Shown here: positions 1 through 7,543 of the stretch, piece by piece
How positions within the stretch are numbered: position 1 is the stretch's first letter
Layout of the letters: the number at the start of each line of letters is the position of its first letter
DNA from: Gammaproteobacteria bacterium
GTDB lineage: Bacteria > Pseudomonadota > Gammaproteobacteria > Steroidobacterales > Woeseiaceae
DNA: 64,000 bases
Direction of reading: 5' to 3'
Assembly: GCA_029865385.1 (NCBI GenBank)
Contig: JAOUGX010000004.1
Location: 110 to 64,109 of the forward strand
Notes under the pieces: generated by a model
Told to the model about the DNA's origin: nothing
What the model saw: only the letters and a program-made list of their open reading frames with translations
Databases searched by the model: none
Position numbers and translations under genes: made by a program

Positions 1-193
1 CACAGAATTGGCGCGACCCAACGCGCTTAACCACGCCGAAAAGACTCGGCGATCGGACCTCCCTGAGCATCGTCAAGCTGTCTAGGCCAACCTGTAGCCA
101 TACCCATATCGAATGTGGAATGGTTGTGGGCCAACTCCACCCTTTGACTGCATTCGCGACGAGCACACCTTAACCGGCATCCTCAGTGCTTTT

Positions 194-1312
194 TCATGAA
201 GGACGGTTAGTGGATCGTGGAATCCTACCTGGCAGGCGTGCCTGGATGGCAGCCTGGATCCTGAATAACTCGACAAAATTATCGAGACTGACAATTCCAA
301 CTGTGCTGCCGGCTTTGGTCGCAGTTAGCATCCGGCAGGGAGAATTCTCCAAGCGCTGCAGCACGTCTTGTAGGGGTTCGTTGACATCGGCACATTCTAC
401 TTGCCGCTGCATCCAGTCGCCCACACTGGCCTGCTGTCCCTGAGCCTGCAGCCCTCTGAGCAGATCGGAATGAGTCAGAACGCCGACGACATTACCATCC
501 GCCAGAACCGGAAAATCTTTCTGGCTGCCCGCCAGCGTTCGCTCGACTGCCCGCACCAACGGTTCGTCGGGCGAGAGTGTTGCATAGTCAGTCAACATCG
601 CGTGACCGACGGTCATACCGGCCAGGGCCGACTTCATCTGTGCCAGCTGAGCCTCTGCCGCAGCTCCGATCCAAACGAACAATGCGATGAAGATGAGGAA
701 TGGGTTATAGAGAAGGCCCAGAAAACCCAGTCCGAGCGCGAGTCCCTGGCCAACCCTGGCGGCAACTTCCGTTGCGGCGGCAGCATTCATACGCATGGCC
801 AGCGTAGCGCGCAACACGCGACCGCCATCCATTGGCAAGGCTGGCAACATGTTGAAGACGGCGAGCATTACATTGATTGCCACCAAGCGTCCAAGAAATG
901 ATTCGTCGCTCGAGTAAAGCTCTTCCAGCGGCACAAATCCACCGCTCATGCTGATCCAGGACCACAGCAAGAAGGCTATCAGCAGGTTGACCGCCGGCCC
1001 CGCCAGCGCCACGACGATCTCCTGCCTGGGATCATCGGGCATGCGCTCCAATGCCGCGATGCCGCCGATGGGCAGCAACGTGATACTTCGCGTAAGGATG
1101 CCGTAACGTCGCGCGGTCAACGAGTGGCCCAGCTCGTGCAGAACGACGCAGGTAAACAATGCAAGGATAAAACCGATGCCGCTGAGCACGGCTGTCAATG
1201 TGCCCTCCGCCTGCCAAAAGTGCAGACCGATCCACGCGACCAGAATCAGGAAGGTCGAGTGCACGTAGATGTCGATGCCGGCGACACGAATGAATTTCCA
1301 CGACCATTTCAT
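194..1312 (-). CDS. Site-2 (M50 family) zinc metalloprotease with C-terminal tandem CBS domains
   Basis: 372-aa ORF with ATG at 1312. HELGH zinc motif (VVLHELGHSLTARRYG), several hydrophobic helices, and a CBS-like C-terminal half (MTVGHAMLTDYATLSPDEPL..., VGDWMQRQVECADVNEPL...). Confidence 0.85.
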   Translation of the reverse strand: MKWSWKFIRVAGIDIYVHSTFLILVAWIGLHFWQAEGTLTAVLSGIGFILALFTCVVLHELGHSLTARRYGILTRSITLLPIGGIAALERMPDDPRQEIVVALAGPAVNLLIAFLLWSWISMSGGFVPLEELYSSDESFLGRLVAINVMLAVFNMLPALPMDGGRVLRATLAMRMNAAAATEVAARVGQGLALGLGFLGLLYNPFLIFIALFVWIGAAAEAQLAQMKSALAGMTVGHAMLTDYATLSPDEPLVRAVERTLAGSQKDFPVLADGNVVGVLTHSDLLRGLQAQGQQASVGDWMQRQVECADVNEPLQDVLQRLENSPCRMLTATKAGSTVGIVSLDNFVELFRIQAAIQARLPGRIPRSTNRPS

Positions 1313-1359
1313 GCATGACCCTGCGTGCGTTTTCGCGACACCGGCTGCTTTGCTCGAAG

Positions 1360-1572
1360 TCAGATGGCCCAGGACGGTGCCGGAGGCACTTCTATCGGCG
1401 GGGCCGGCGGCAATTCCGGCTGTGGTTCCGGCTGTTCAACGGGCCCGGAGGGCGGAATGTCGGGCGGCGATTCTACCGGGGGCACCTCGACGGGGACCCC
1501 AGGCGGAATTTCCGGTTCGTTGTGAGCCAGGGGAATACTGGCGGCTTGCAGATTGAGGCTAGCGATCGACAT
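1360..1572 (-). CDS. Hypothetical small acidic proline-rich protein (70 aa from ATG 1572; the ORF can extend to 1611)
   Basis: MSIASLNLQAASIPLAHNEPEIPPGVPVEVPPVESPPDIPPSGPVEQPEPQPELPPAPPIEVPPAPSWAI. Co-oriented and tightly spaced with neighbours, hand-counted GC3 about 69%, no recognisable family. The mirror Gly-rich ORF on the plus strand cannot be excluded. Confidence 0.3.
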   Translation of the reverse strand: MSIASLNLQAASIPLAHNEPEIPPGVPVEVPPVESPPDIPPSGPVEQPEPQPELPPAPPIEVPPAPSWAI

Positions 1573-1798
1573 CGTTGGCTGAAAGCGCTTCCCAGTCCGC
1601 GAGAATCGCAAGCAACTGGTTCAGGCGGCCGGCTTTTCGCCGCTTGTATTCGAGCAAGGCCTCATCGTCGCCTTGCAGCAAAAGCAATGCAGCCTCGAGG
1701 TCGGCGCTCGTGGTATTCGTTGCCTGGATTTCGAGGACCGTCTGGTCCTGAATGCCCGGAAAAAATCGAACGATTTCGTCATGCGTAGGAGTGGTCAT
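1559..1798 (-). CDS. Hypothetical small protein (79 aa from ATG 1798; track start 1804 is TTG)
   Basis: MTTPTHDEIVRFFPGIQDQTVLEIQ...LLEYKRRKAGRLNQLLAILADWEAL. Helical-looking, high GC3, no obvious SD, no family recognised. Its 3' end overlaps the Pro-rich ORF by 14 nt. Confidence 0.4.
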   Translation of the reverse strand: MTTPTHDEIVRFFPGIQDQTVLEIQATNTTSADLEAALLLLQGDDEALLEYKRRKAGRLNQLLAILADWEALSANDVDR

Positions 1799-1877
1799 GA
1801 ACAAAAACTACCATGCGCAGCGATTCGTCCGGTATCAGGGTTTGTACCCATGATTTACGCACGCAACTGCAGGATTT

Positions 1878-3056
1878 TCATACTTCGAGGAACTCATCGG
1901 GAAGCAGGCTGGTTGCCAGCATGACGCTGTTGATGTCTTCGTGGTCCCGCCAACTGCCGCGTTGCCGGTTGGCGGAGTTGCACCAGAAGTCGGTGATGAC
2001 CCCTGCCATCGGTTCATAGTCGCGCAGGGCCTCGAGGTCAGCTCTCAGGGCGGCGTCGAGTGGACGCGAGCTGTTTGTCGGCACAGCGCGCATCTTGCTC
2101 ACCGCATGCAAACCGATTGACAGGCCCAGTTCGCGAAATGCCAGGCGGAACCTGGCGGCTTGCCCGAGGCTCGCCAGACTCGCGTAGTCGAGCAGGCTTT
2201 CCCTTATATCTCCGAGCAGCGCTCCTGCGATCGCAGGATCGTGGATCTGCCCGGCAGCTGAAAGCTGCGACGCCCGGCAGGCATCGAACAGCAAGCCGCC
2301 GATACCCAGAGGATCCGTTGTGCGCCAGTGCTGCCCGCGGATCATTCCGGCCGCATCGGTGATTTCGGCGTCAAGCCCGGTCCGGGTCCCTGACTCCCCG
2401 AGGCGCGACGCACAGTGAGCGATCTCGTTATACGTAAGGTAGCCATCCAGTGAATCGTGCGGGCTCGACGCAGGCACCAGCGGCATTGTGAGGTCGATGC
2501 TCATTTTCCAGATAAAGCGTTTTTGCCTGTCATGCGATGACTCCGCCGCAAACCCGGCGTGCGCTGCCCTCGCCAGTTGCATGGCCCAGCGGCCATACCG
2601 TGGGTCATCACACAGTATTGCTGCACGGCACAGCGCATGCATCCACTTCGTAAGGTAATGGAAATATTGCCCGTCCCTGTCCCATTCCAGTCGCTCGTCG
2701 AAGGCATCTCCAGGCCTGCGCTCGGGGAGTTTCTTGCCGATTCTCAGTCCACCCGCCGTGGGATGTCGCTCGCCATCTTTTTCACTCAAGCCGCTGATCC
2801 AGCCGCGGCGCGGGTCGTCGTCGCGGTGTTTCCCAAGGGTGTTGTGCACCTGGTCGATAAGCATCTGTGCGAGTTGCCGGTACTCGTCGGTTGTGGTTCG
2901 CCGGTACAGGCTCAGAAAGTTGCACACGGCGTGCGCATCGGTCCATAGATAACGGCGCGGCGGATGTTGGCTGGACGTAAGCCCTGTGCGATCGGCGAAC
3001 GCGAGCATGATGCGGCGCACTTCATCGGTCACGGACTCTCGCGCCATGGTATTCAA
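1878..3056 (-). CDS. Uncharacterised 392-aa soluble protein, predicted mostly alpha-helical
   Basis: Long ORF with no competing frame; start is TTG 3056 or ATG 3047, 9-18 nt after the stop of the upstream PIMT-esterase gene. I recognise no catalytic motif. Confidence 0.7.
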   Translation of the reverse strand: MNTMARESVTDEVRRIMLAFADRTGLTSSQHPPRRYLWTDAHAVCNFLSLYRRTTTDEYRQLAQMLIDQVHNTLGKHRDDDPRRGWISGLSEKDGERHPTAGGLRIGKKLPERRPGDAFDERLEWDRDGQYFHYLTKWMHALCRAAILCDDPRYGRWAMQLARAAHAGFAAESSHDRQKRFIWKMSIDLTMPLVPASSPHDSLDGYLTYNEIAHCASRLGESGTRTGLDAEITDAAGMIRGQHWRTTDPLGIGGLLFDACRASQLSAAGQIHDPAIAGALLGDIRESLLDYASLASLGQAARFRLAFRELGLSIGLHAVSKMRAVPTNSSRPLDAALRADLEALRDYEPMAGVITDFWCNSANRQRGSWRDHEDINSVMLATSLLPDEFLEV

Positions 3057-3065
3057 TGGCGAAAC

Positions 3066-5069
3066 TCAAACGCCGAATGGATAAGTATCGGGCACACCCG
3101 TGAGTTCACCGGTGGTCAAGGGCGTCACGGCCGTGCTCTCGTCGACCCAGATGTACTCATCGAACTGGCGCGGCAGACTGGCCTCGAAATAGTGGCTGGC
3201 GAGCTCCGTTTCCGGCCTGTAAATCACGCCAATCGCGCGCTCGAGCCGCGGCTGGCCGAGTTCTCCGATGAGCTCGAGGTTCTGGTTGTGCCGCAGAGGC
3301 AGGATCAATCCCGATTGCAGCGTACGGTGGAACAGCCGCTCGTAGCTTTGGGCATGCGCCGGATGCACCGCTTTGATTTCCATCGGACCGTCCCAGTCCG
3401 ATGCGGCCGCCACGGTACCGTGGTCCGTGCCAAAGCCGATTCGGTAGGCACCGTCGGCAAATGCTTCTCGGCAGAGCTGGCCGATGTTGTATTCGCCTCG
3501 CGCCGACATTTCGGTCGCCGAGGCATCACCGATATGCGAATTGTGCGCCCAGACTACCGCTTTCGATCCTGCCCCGTGTTCTTCCATGACCCGCTTAAGC
3601 GTCTCAAACATGTGCGTGTCGCGCAGGTTCCACGATGCGCGCGAACCGTAGTACATGATCCGGTAATAGCGTTCAGCGTTCGCGACCAGCGCGGCATTCT
3701 GTGACGCATCGAGAAACCGGCTGCCGTCCTTGTGCGAGTATTCCTGGCGTTTCCGATAGAGCTCGGTGAGCATCTGGGCAACGTCCTGCTCGCAATTCCG
3801 GTACGCGCCCGTCAGCGCCGCATAACCGTATGCGGCAGGGTCCGCCTCCCACGGGCTGAGGCAGCCGTAGCGCCACCGCGCGATCGCGGCGAGAGCCGGA
3901 TCGACGTCATCCAGGAAATCGATCACCGCGCGCACCGAGTTATACAGACTGTAGAGATCCAGCCCGTAGAATCCAGTCCGATCGGCCATCTCTAGCGACG
4001 TGTTGTGCTCGTGCAGCCAGTCAACGAATTCCCGCACGTCCGTGTTGCGCCACATCCAGGTCGGGAAGCGCGCGAAGGCAACCCATTCGGATGGCGTCGT
4101 GTCACGATGGCGCACGTAGTGGTCGATTCGGCTCGCATCGGGCCAGTCGGCCTCGGCAGCTACGATGCGGAATCCTTTGTCCTCGATCAATCGCCGGGTT
4201 ATGGCTGCCCTGATCCGGTAGAACTCGGAAGTGCCGTGACTCGCCTCGCCGATCAGCACAACGCGGGAATCGCCAATACGCTGCAGCAGACTCTGAAGTT
4301 GGGCGTCGTCGGGTGACTCAAAAGACTCGCTGTTGCGCAGGATCAGGCTGGGCAAAGTCTGGCTTACCGATGGCCTTGTCTGGATAACGCGGGGGACGCC
4401 GGCCTCGACGCTATCACCGTCCACTTCCCAGCCGTGCTCGCCGATAAGTGGCACAAAGCGGACGTCGGCCAGGTCCTCGCAGTCGAATTTCCCGTCTGCG
4501 CGGCGCGTAATCAGCAGCAGCTCCTGGGCACGCTGATTGACACCCACCGGTATGACCATACGCCCGCCGATGGCGAGCTGGTCCTTCAGGCTATCGGGAA
4601 CGATCGGCGCACCGGCTGACACCAGGATGGCGTCGAATGGCGCCTGCTCCGCCCAACCTCGCGTGCCGTCAGCGTTCAGGACATGCACGTTCTCGTAGCC
4701 CGCTTCGCGCAGCTTGGCGGCAGCGCTCTCGGCCAGTTCGCTGATCCGCTCGATGGTGTAAACCTCGGCAACGATCTCGGCGAGAACCGCGGCCGCATAA
4801 CCCGAGCCTGCGCCGATCTCGAGCACTTTGTCGTCGCCGCGAAGCGCCAGCGCCTCGGCCATGTAGGCCACGATATAGGGCTGCGAGATGGTCTGGCCCG
4901 ATCCGATAGGCAGCGGCATGTCGTCATAAGCGATTTCGCGCATTTCTTCCGGCACAAACCGCTCTCTCTGTACCTTCTGCATGGAGCTTAAGACCCGCTC
5001 GTCGCGTACGCCTCGAGCGGAAATCTGCTCGGCTACCATGCGTTGCCGCAGTCTTGCGAAATCAGCCAT
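3066..5069 (-). CDS. Fusion protein: protein-L-isoaspartate O-methyltransferase (PIMT) domain + erythromycin esterase (EreA/ChaN) family domain
   Basis: 667 aa from ATG 5069 (MADFARLRQRMV...). PIMT motifs [11 protein letters not shown] and VLEIGAGSGYAAAVLA. Ere-family motifs VVLIGEASHGTSEF, AAEADWPDA, VVWAHNSHIGD. Track start 5330 would overlap polX and was trimmed. Confidence 0.85.
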   Translation of the reverse strand: MADFARLRQRMVAEQISARGVRDERVLSSMQKVQRERFVPEEMREIAYDDMPLPIGSGQTISQPYIVAYMAEALALRGDDKVLEIGAGSGYAAAVLAEIVAEVYTIERISELAESAAAKLREAGYENVHVLNADGTRGWAEQAPFDAILVSAGAPIVPDSLKDQLAIGGRMVIPVGVNQRAQELLLITRRADGKFDCEDLADVRFVPLIGEHGWEVDGDSVEAGVPRVIQTRPSVSQTLPSLILRNSESFESPDDAQLQSLLQRIGDSRVVLIGEASHGTSEFYRIRAAITRRLIEDKGFRIVAAEADWPDASRIDHYVRHRDTTPSEWVAFARFPTWMWRNTDVREFVDWLHEHNTSLEMADRTGFYGLDLYSLYNSVRAVIDFLDDVDPALAAIARWRYGCLSPWEADPAAYGYAALTGAYRNCEQDVAQMLTELYRKRQEYSHKDGSRFLDASQNAALVANAERYYRIMYYGSRASWNLRDTHMFETLKRVMEEHGAGSKAVVWAHNSHIGDASATEMSARGEYNIGQLCREAFADGAYRIGFGTDHGTVAAASDWDGPMEIKAVHPAHAQSYERLFHRTLQSGLILPLRHNQNLELIGELGQPRLERAIGVIYRPETELASHYFEASLPRQFDEYIWVDESTAVTPLTTGELTGVPDTYPFGV

Positions 5070-5108
5070 GTAAACAACCTGCTCGATCTGAAGCAGGATA
5101 TTAACCGC

Positions 5109-5148
5109 CTGGAATATGACTTGAAATGAGTGCTTCTCCGTATTCCAG
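5109..5148. repeat. 8-bp perfect inverted repeat CTGGAATA-N24-TATTCCAG in the divergent PIMT-esterase/polX intergenic region
   Basis: Read directly: 5109-5116 and 5141-5148. A second small hairpin, CCTGCT-N8-AGCAGG, lies at 5078-5097. Confidence 0.6.
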
Positions 5149-5204
5149 TGCAAACCGCCAGCTCGCAAAAATGGATGCCACTGCGGGCACCCGAAAGCGC
5201 CACG

Positions 5205-6926
5205 ATGCCGGTTCACAACGATGCAATAGCCGATATGTTCGACAGGCTCGCCGACCTGCTGGAACTCGAGGACGCGAATCCGTTTCGCGTTCGCGCTTAT
5301 CGAAACGCCGCCGGAACCATTCGTGGGCATGCCAGACCCATGGCCGACCTGATCGACGCGGGGGAGGATCTATCGAAGCTCCCCGATATCGGCGACGACC
5401 TCGCCGAAAAGATTGCGACCATTGTCGCAAACGGCAAGTTACCGTTACTGCTGGAGGTCGAATCGCGCACACCCGCCGCTCTCAGCGACATGATGAAAAT
5501 TCGTGGGCTCGGCCCAAAACGGGTCAAAGCCCTCTACAGGAAACTAGAGATTCGCAGCATGGATGACCTCAGGCGCGCTGCGCGCAGCGGGAAGATCCGC
5601 GAACTCGAAGGCTTCGGTGAGAAAACCGAGCAACTCATCAGGGAACGGGTCGAGCGCTACGTCAATGAAGAACGACGATTCAAGCTGGTGGCGGCCGAGC
5701 ACATCGCGACTCCATTGGTCGACCATCTGCAACAGGCCCGCGGGGTCGGGGACGTGATAGTTGCTGGCAGTCTGCGCCGGCGACAGGAAACGATCGGGGA
5801 CCTGGATATCCTGGTGACGGCCGGCAGGAACTCGAACGTTATGGACCGCTTCGTCGAATACGACGAGGTTATGGAGGTGATGTCGAAGGGAAAAACCCGC
5901 GCATCAGTGAGGCTGCGCTCCGGCATGACTGTGGACCTGCGGGTCGTGCCCAAGACCAGCTACGGCGCGGCGCTGGTCTATTTCACTGGATCCAAAGCAC
6001 ACAACATCGCGCTAAGAAAAGCCGGCATCAAGAAGAATCTGAAAATCAACGAATACGGAGTCTTCCGTAACAAGAAGCGGATCGCCGGTGCGACCGAGAC
6101 ATCGGTGTACGAGGCGATCGGTTTGCCTGTCATGCCGCCGGAGTTGCGCGAAAACCGAGGCGAACTGGAGGCCGCGCGAGCGGGCCGGTTGCCGCGGCTC
6201 ATCTTGCTCGAGGATATTCGCGGTGATCTGCATTGCCACAGCAATGCAACGGATGGCAACTGCACGGTGCAGGAAATGGCCGAGGCGGCTGTGCAGCTCG
6301 GCTACGAATATATCTCTATCAATGATCATTCGCAGCACGTCACTGTTGCGAACGGCCTCGATAAGAAACGGCTCGAGGAACAGATCGCGGCCGTTGACAA
6401 TCTGAACGACAAACTCGACGACATCGTCGTCCTTAAGTCCGCCGAAGTCGATATCCTCGAGGACGGGTCGCTGGACCTTCCCGACAGTGTCCTGAAAAAA
6501 CTCGATTTCACGGTGTGCGCCGTGCACTACGAGTTCAACCTGACGCGAAAGAAACAGACGGAACGCGTCTTGCGTGCCATGGACAATCGATATTTCAACG
6601 TTCTTGCCCATCCCACCGGGCGTCTCATTAACGAGCGCGAAGCCTGCGACATCGACCTGGAGAGGCTGATGGAGGCCGCCAGGGAACGTGGTTGCTGCCT
6701 CGAGATCAATGCCCATCCGGATCGCCTGGACCTGAATGACGTAACCTGCAAAATGGCGCGCGATGTCGGTGTCAAACTGGTACTCTCTACTGACGCACAC
6801 CGCACGTCCGATCTCGGCTACATGCGCTTCGGTATCGGCCAGGCGCGGCGCGGCTGGATCAGTAAGTCCGACGTCATCAATACGTTGCCACTAGAAAAAC
6901 TCCTGAAGGCATTGCGGCGATGCTGA
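5205..6926 (+). CDS. polX: DNA polymerase/3'-5' exonuclease PolX (Pol X core + C-terminal PHP domain)
   Basis: N-terminus MPVHNDAIADMFDRLADLLELEDANPFRVRAYRNAA matches bacterial PolX starts. GDLDILV catalytic Asp pair; PHP motif GDLHCHSNATDG. Track start 5130 trimmed. Confidence 0.88.
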   Translation: MPVHNDAIADMFDRLADLLELEDANPFRVRAYRNAAGTIRGHARPMADLIDAGEDLSKLPDIGDDLAEKIATIVANGKLPLLLEVESRTPAALSDMMKIRGLGPKRVKALYRKLEIRSMDDLRRAARSGKIRELEGFGEKTEQLIRERVERYVNEERRFKLVAAEHIATPLVDHLQQARGVGDVIVAGSLRRRQETIGDLDILVTAGRNSNVMDRFVEYDEVMEVMSKGKTRASVRLRSGMTVDLRVVPKTSYGAALVYFTGSKAHNIALRKAGIKKNLKINEYGVFRNKKRIAGATETSVYEAIGLPVMPPELRENRGELEAARAGRLPRLILLEDIRGDLHCHSNATDGNCTVQEMAEAAVQLGYEYISINDHSQHVTVANGLDKKRLEEQIAAVDNLNDKLDDIVVLKSAEVDILEDGSLDLPDSVLKKLDFTVCAVHYEFNLTRKKQTERVLRAMDNRYFNVLAHPTGRLINEREACDIDLERLMEAARERGCCLEINAHPDRLDLNDVTCKMARDVGVKLVLSTDAHRTSDLGYMRFGIGQARRGWISKSDVINTLPLEKLLKALRRC

Positions 6927-6961
6927 GGCCTGAAGCAAGGGATCGACGCGCTTCGCGTGCC

Positions 6962-7465
6962 TCAGCGTGAATCGAGAAGCAAGTCGATTTCCGCCACCTG
7001 GTCCTCGGTGACCGGCTGGAACTCGCCGAAGACGCAGGTCATGCCCGTGTTCCAGCTACCCCAATGCCACGGCCAGCGCCGGTACCATGGCCAATCGAAC
7101 CACTCGCTGACCGAGAAGTTGTCGCCGTCGCAGATACGCCTGGCGGTGAACGAGCGGACGACAAGCACGCCGTCCCGGCGCAGGTCCGGGCAATTTGTGC
7201 GCAGCGTATTGACCCACAGCTTGTCATTACGCCCTTCGAACAACATACGCCGGTCGTCCAGTCTGCGATAACTTCGGTATTCGTTGTCGCCGAGGCAGCG
7301 CTTGGTCTCGCCGTAGACGGACGGGTCAAGCGGATGGGCCAGGATCATCCCGATTTCCGTTTCGATTGCCTGCCGACGACTTTCTTCTTCCGGAGAGGTC
7401 GCGCAGCCTGCGCAAAGCAGGATAACGGCCGCCGTCGGCAACCCTACTTGTTTGAGTACGGCCAC
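6962..7465 (-). CDS. Lipoprotein of unknown function (possibly DUF6491-like) with a Trp-cluster insertion
   Basis: GTG 7465 preceded by AAGGAG. Signal peptide plus lipobox LLCAGC. WFDWPWYRRWPWHWGSW segment near the C-terminus. Confidence 0.7.
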   Translation of the reverse strand: MAVLKQVGLPTAAVILLCAGCATSPEEESRRQAIETEIGMILAHPLDPSVYGETKRCLGDNEYRSYRRLDDRRMLFEGRNDKLWVNTLRTNCPDLRRDGVLVVRSFTARRICDGDNFSVSEWFDWPWYRRWPWHWGSWNTGMTCVFGEFQPVTEDQVAEIDLLLDSR

Positions 7466-7543
7466 GATTCGCTCCTTATTACTAGCGCTGGATTCAAATT
7501 AGCACGACGGTCGTTTTTCAAACTACGGGTTATCTGCAATAGA

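Noticed and set aside
82-300. 72-aa minus-strand ORF at the left edge
   Set aside because: It overlaps the 3' end of the M50-CBS gene in another frame. The non-overlapping remainder is a 32-aa tail with no support.
1325-1525. Gly-rich 66-aa plus-strand ORF (and the 157-aa ORF at 1315-1788)
   Set aside because: These are mirror images of the minus-strand Pro-rich and 79-aa ORFs. They oppose the local transcription direction and have no start context. They are not fully excluded, as noted in the findings.
1878-3056. The idea that the 392-aa protein is a LanC-like cyclase, which would make the block a lanthipeptide-type RiPP cluster
   Set aside because: I see no GxxHG, WCxG or CHG zinc-ligand motifs in the right arrangement. 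There is no LanB/LanM dehydratase, and the small ORFs lack Cys and Ser/Thr-rich cores.
5070-5330. 87-codon N-terminal extension of the PIMT-esterase ORF
   Set aside because: It would overlap the polX start and consume the divergent promoter. The PIMT homology begins at MADFARLRQ (ATG 5069).
6012-6800. 262-aa minus-strand ORF
   Set aside because: It is antisense to the PolX PHP domain.
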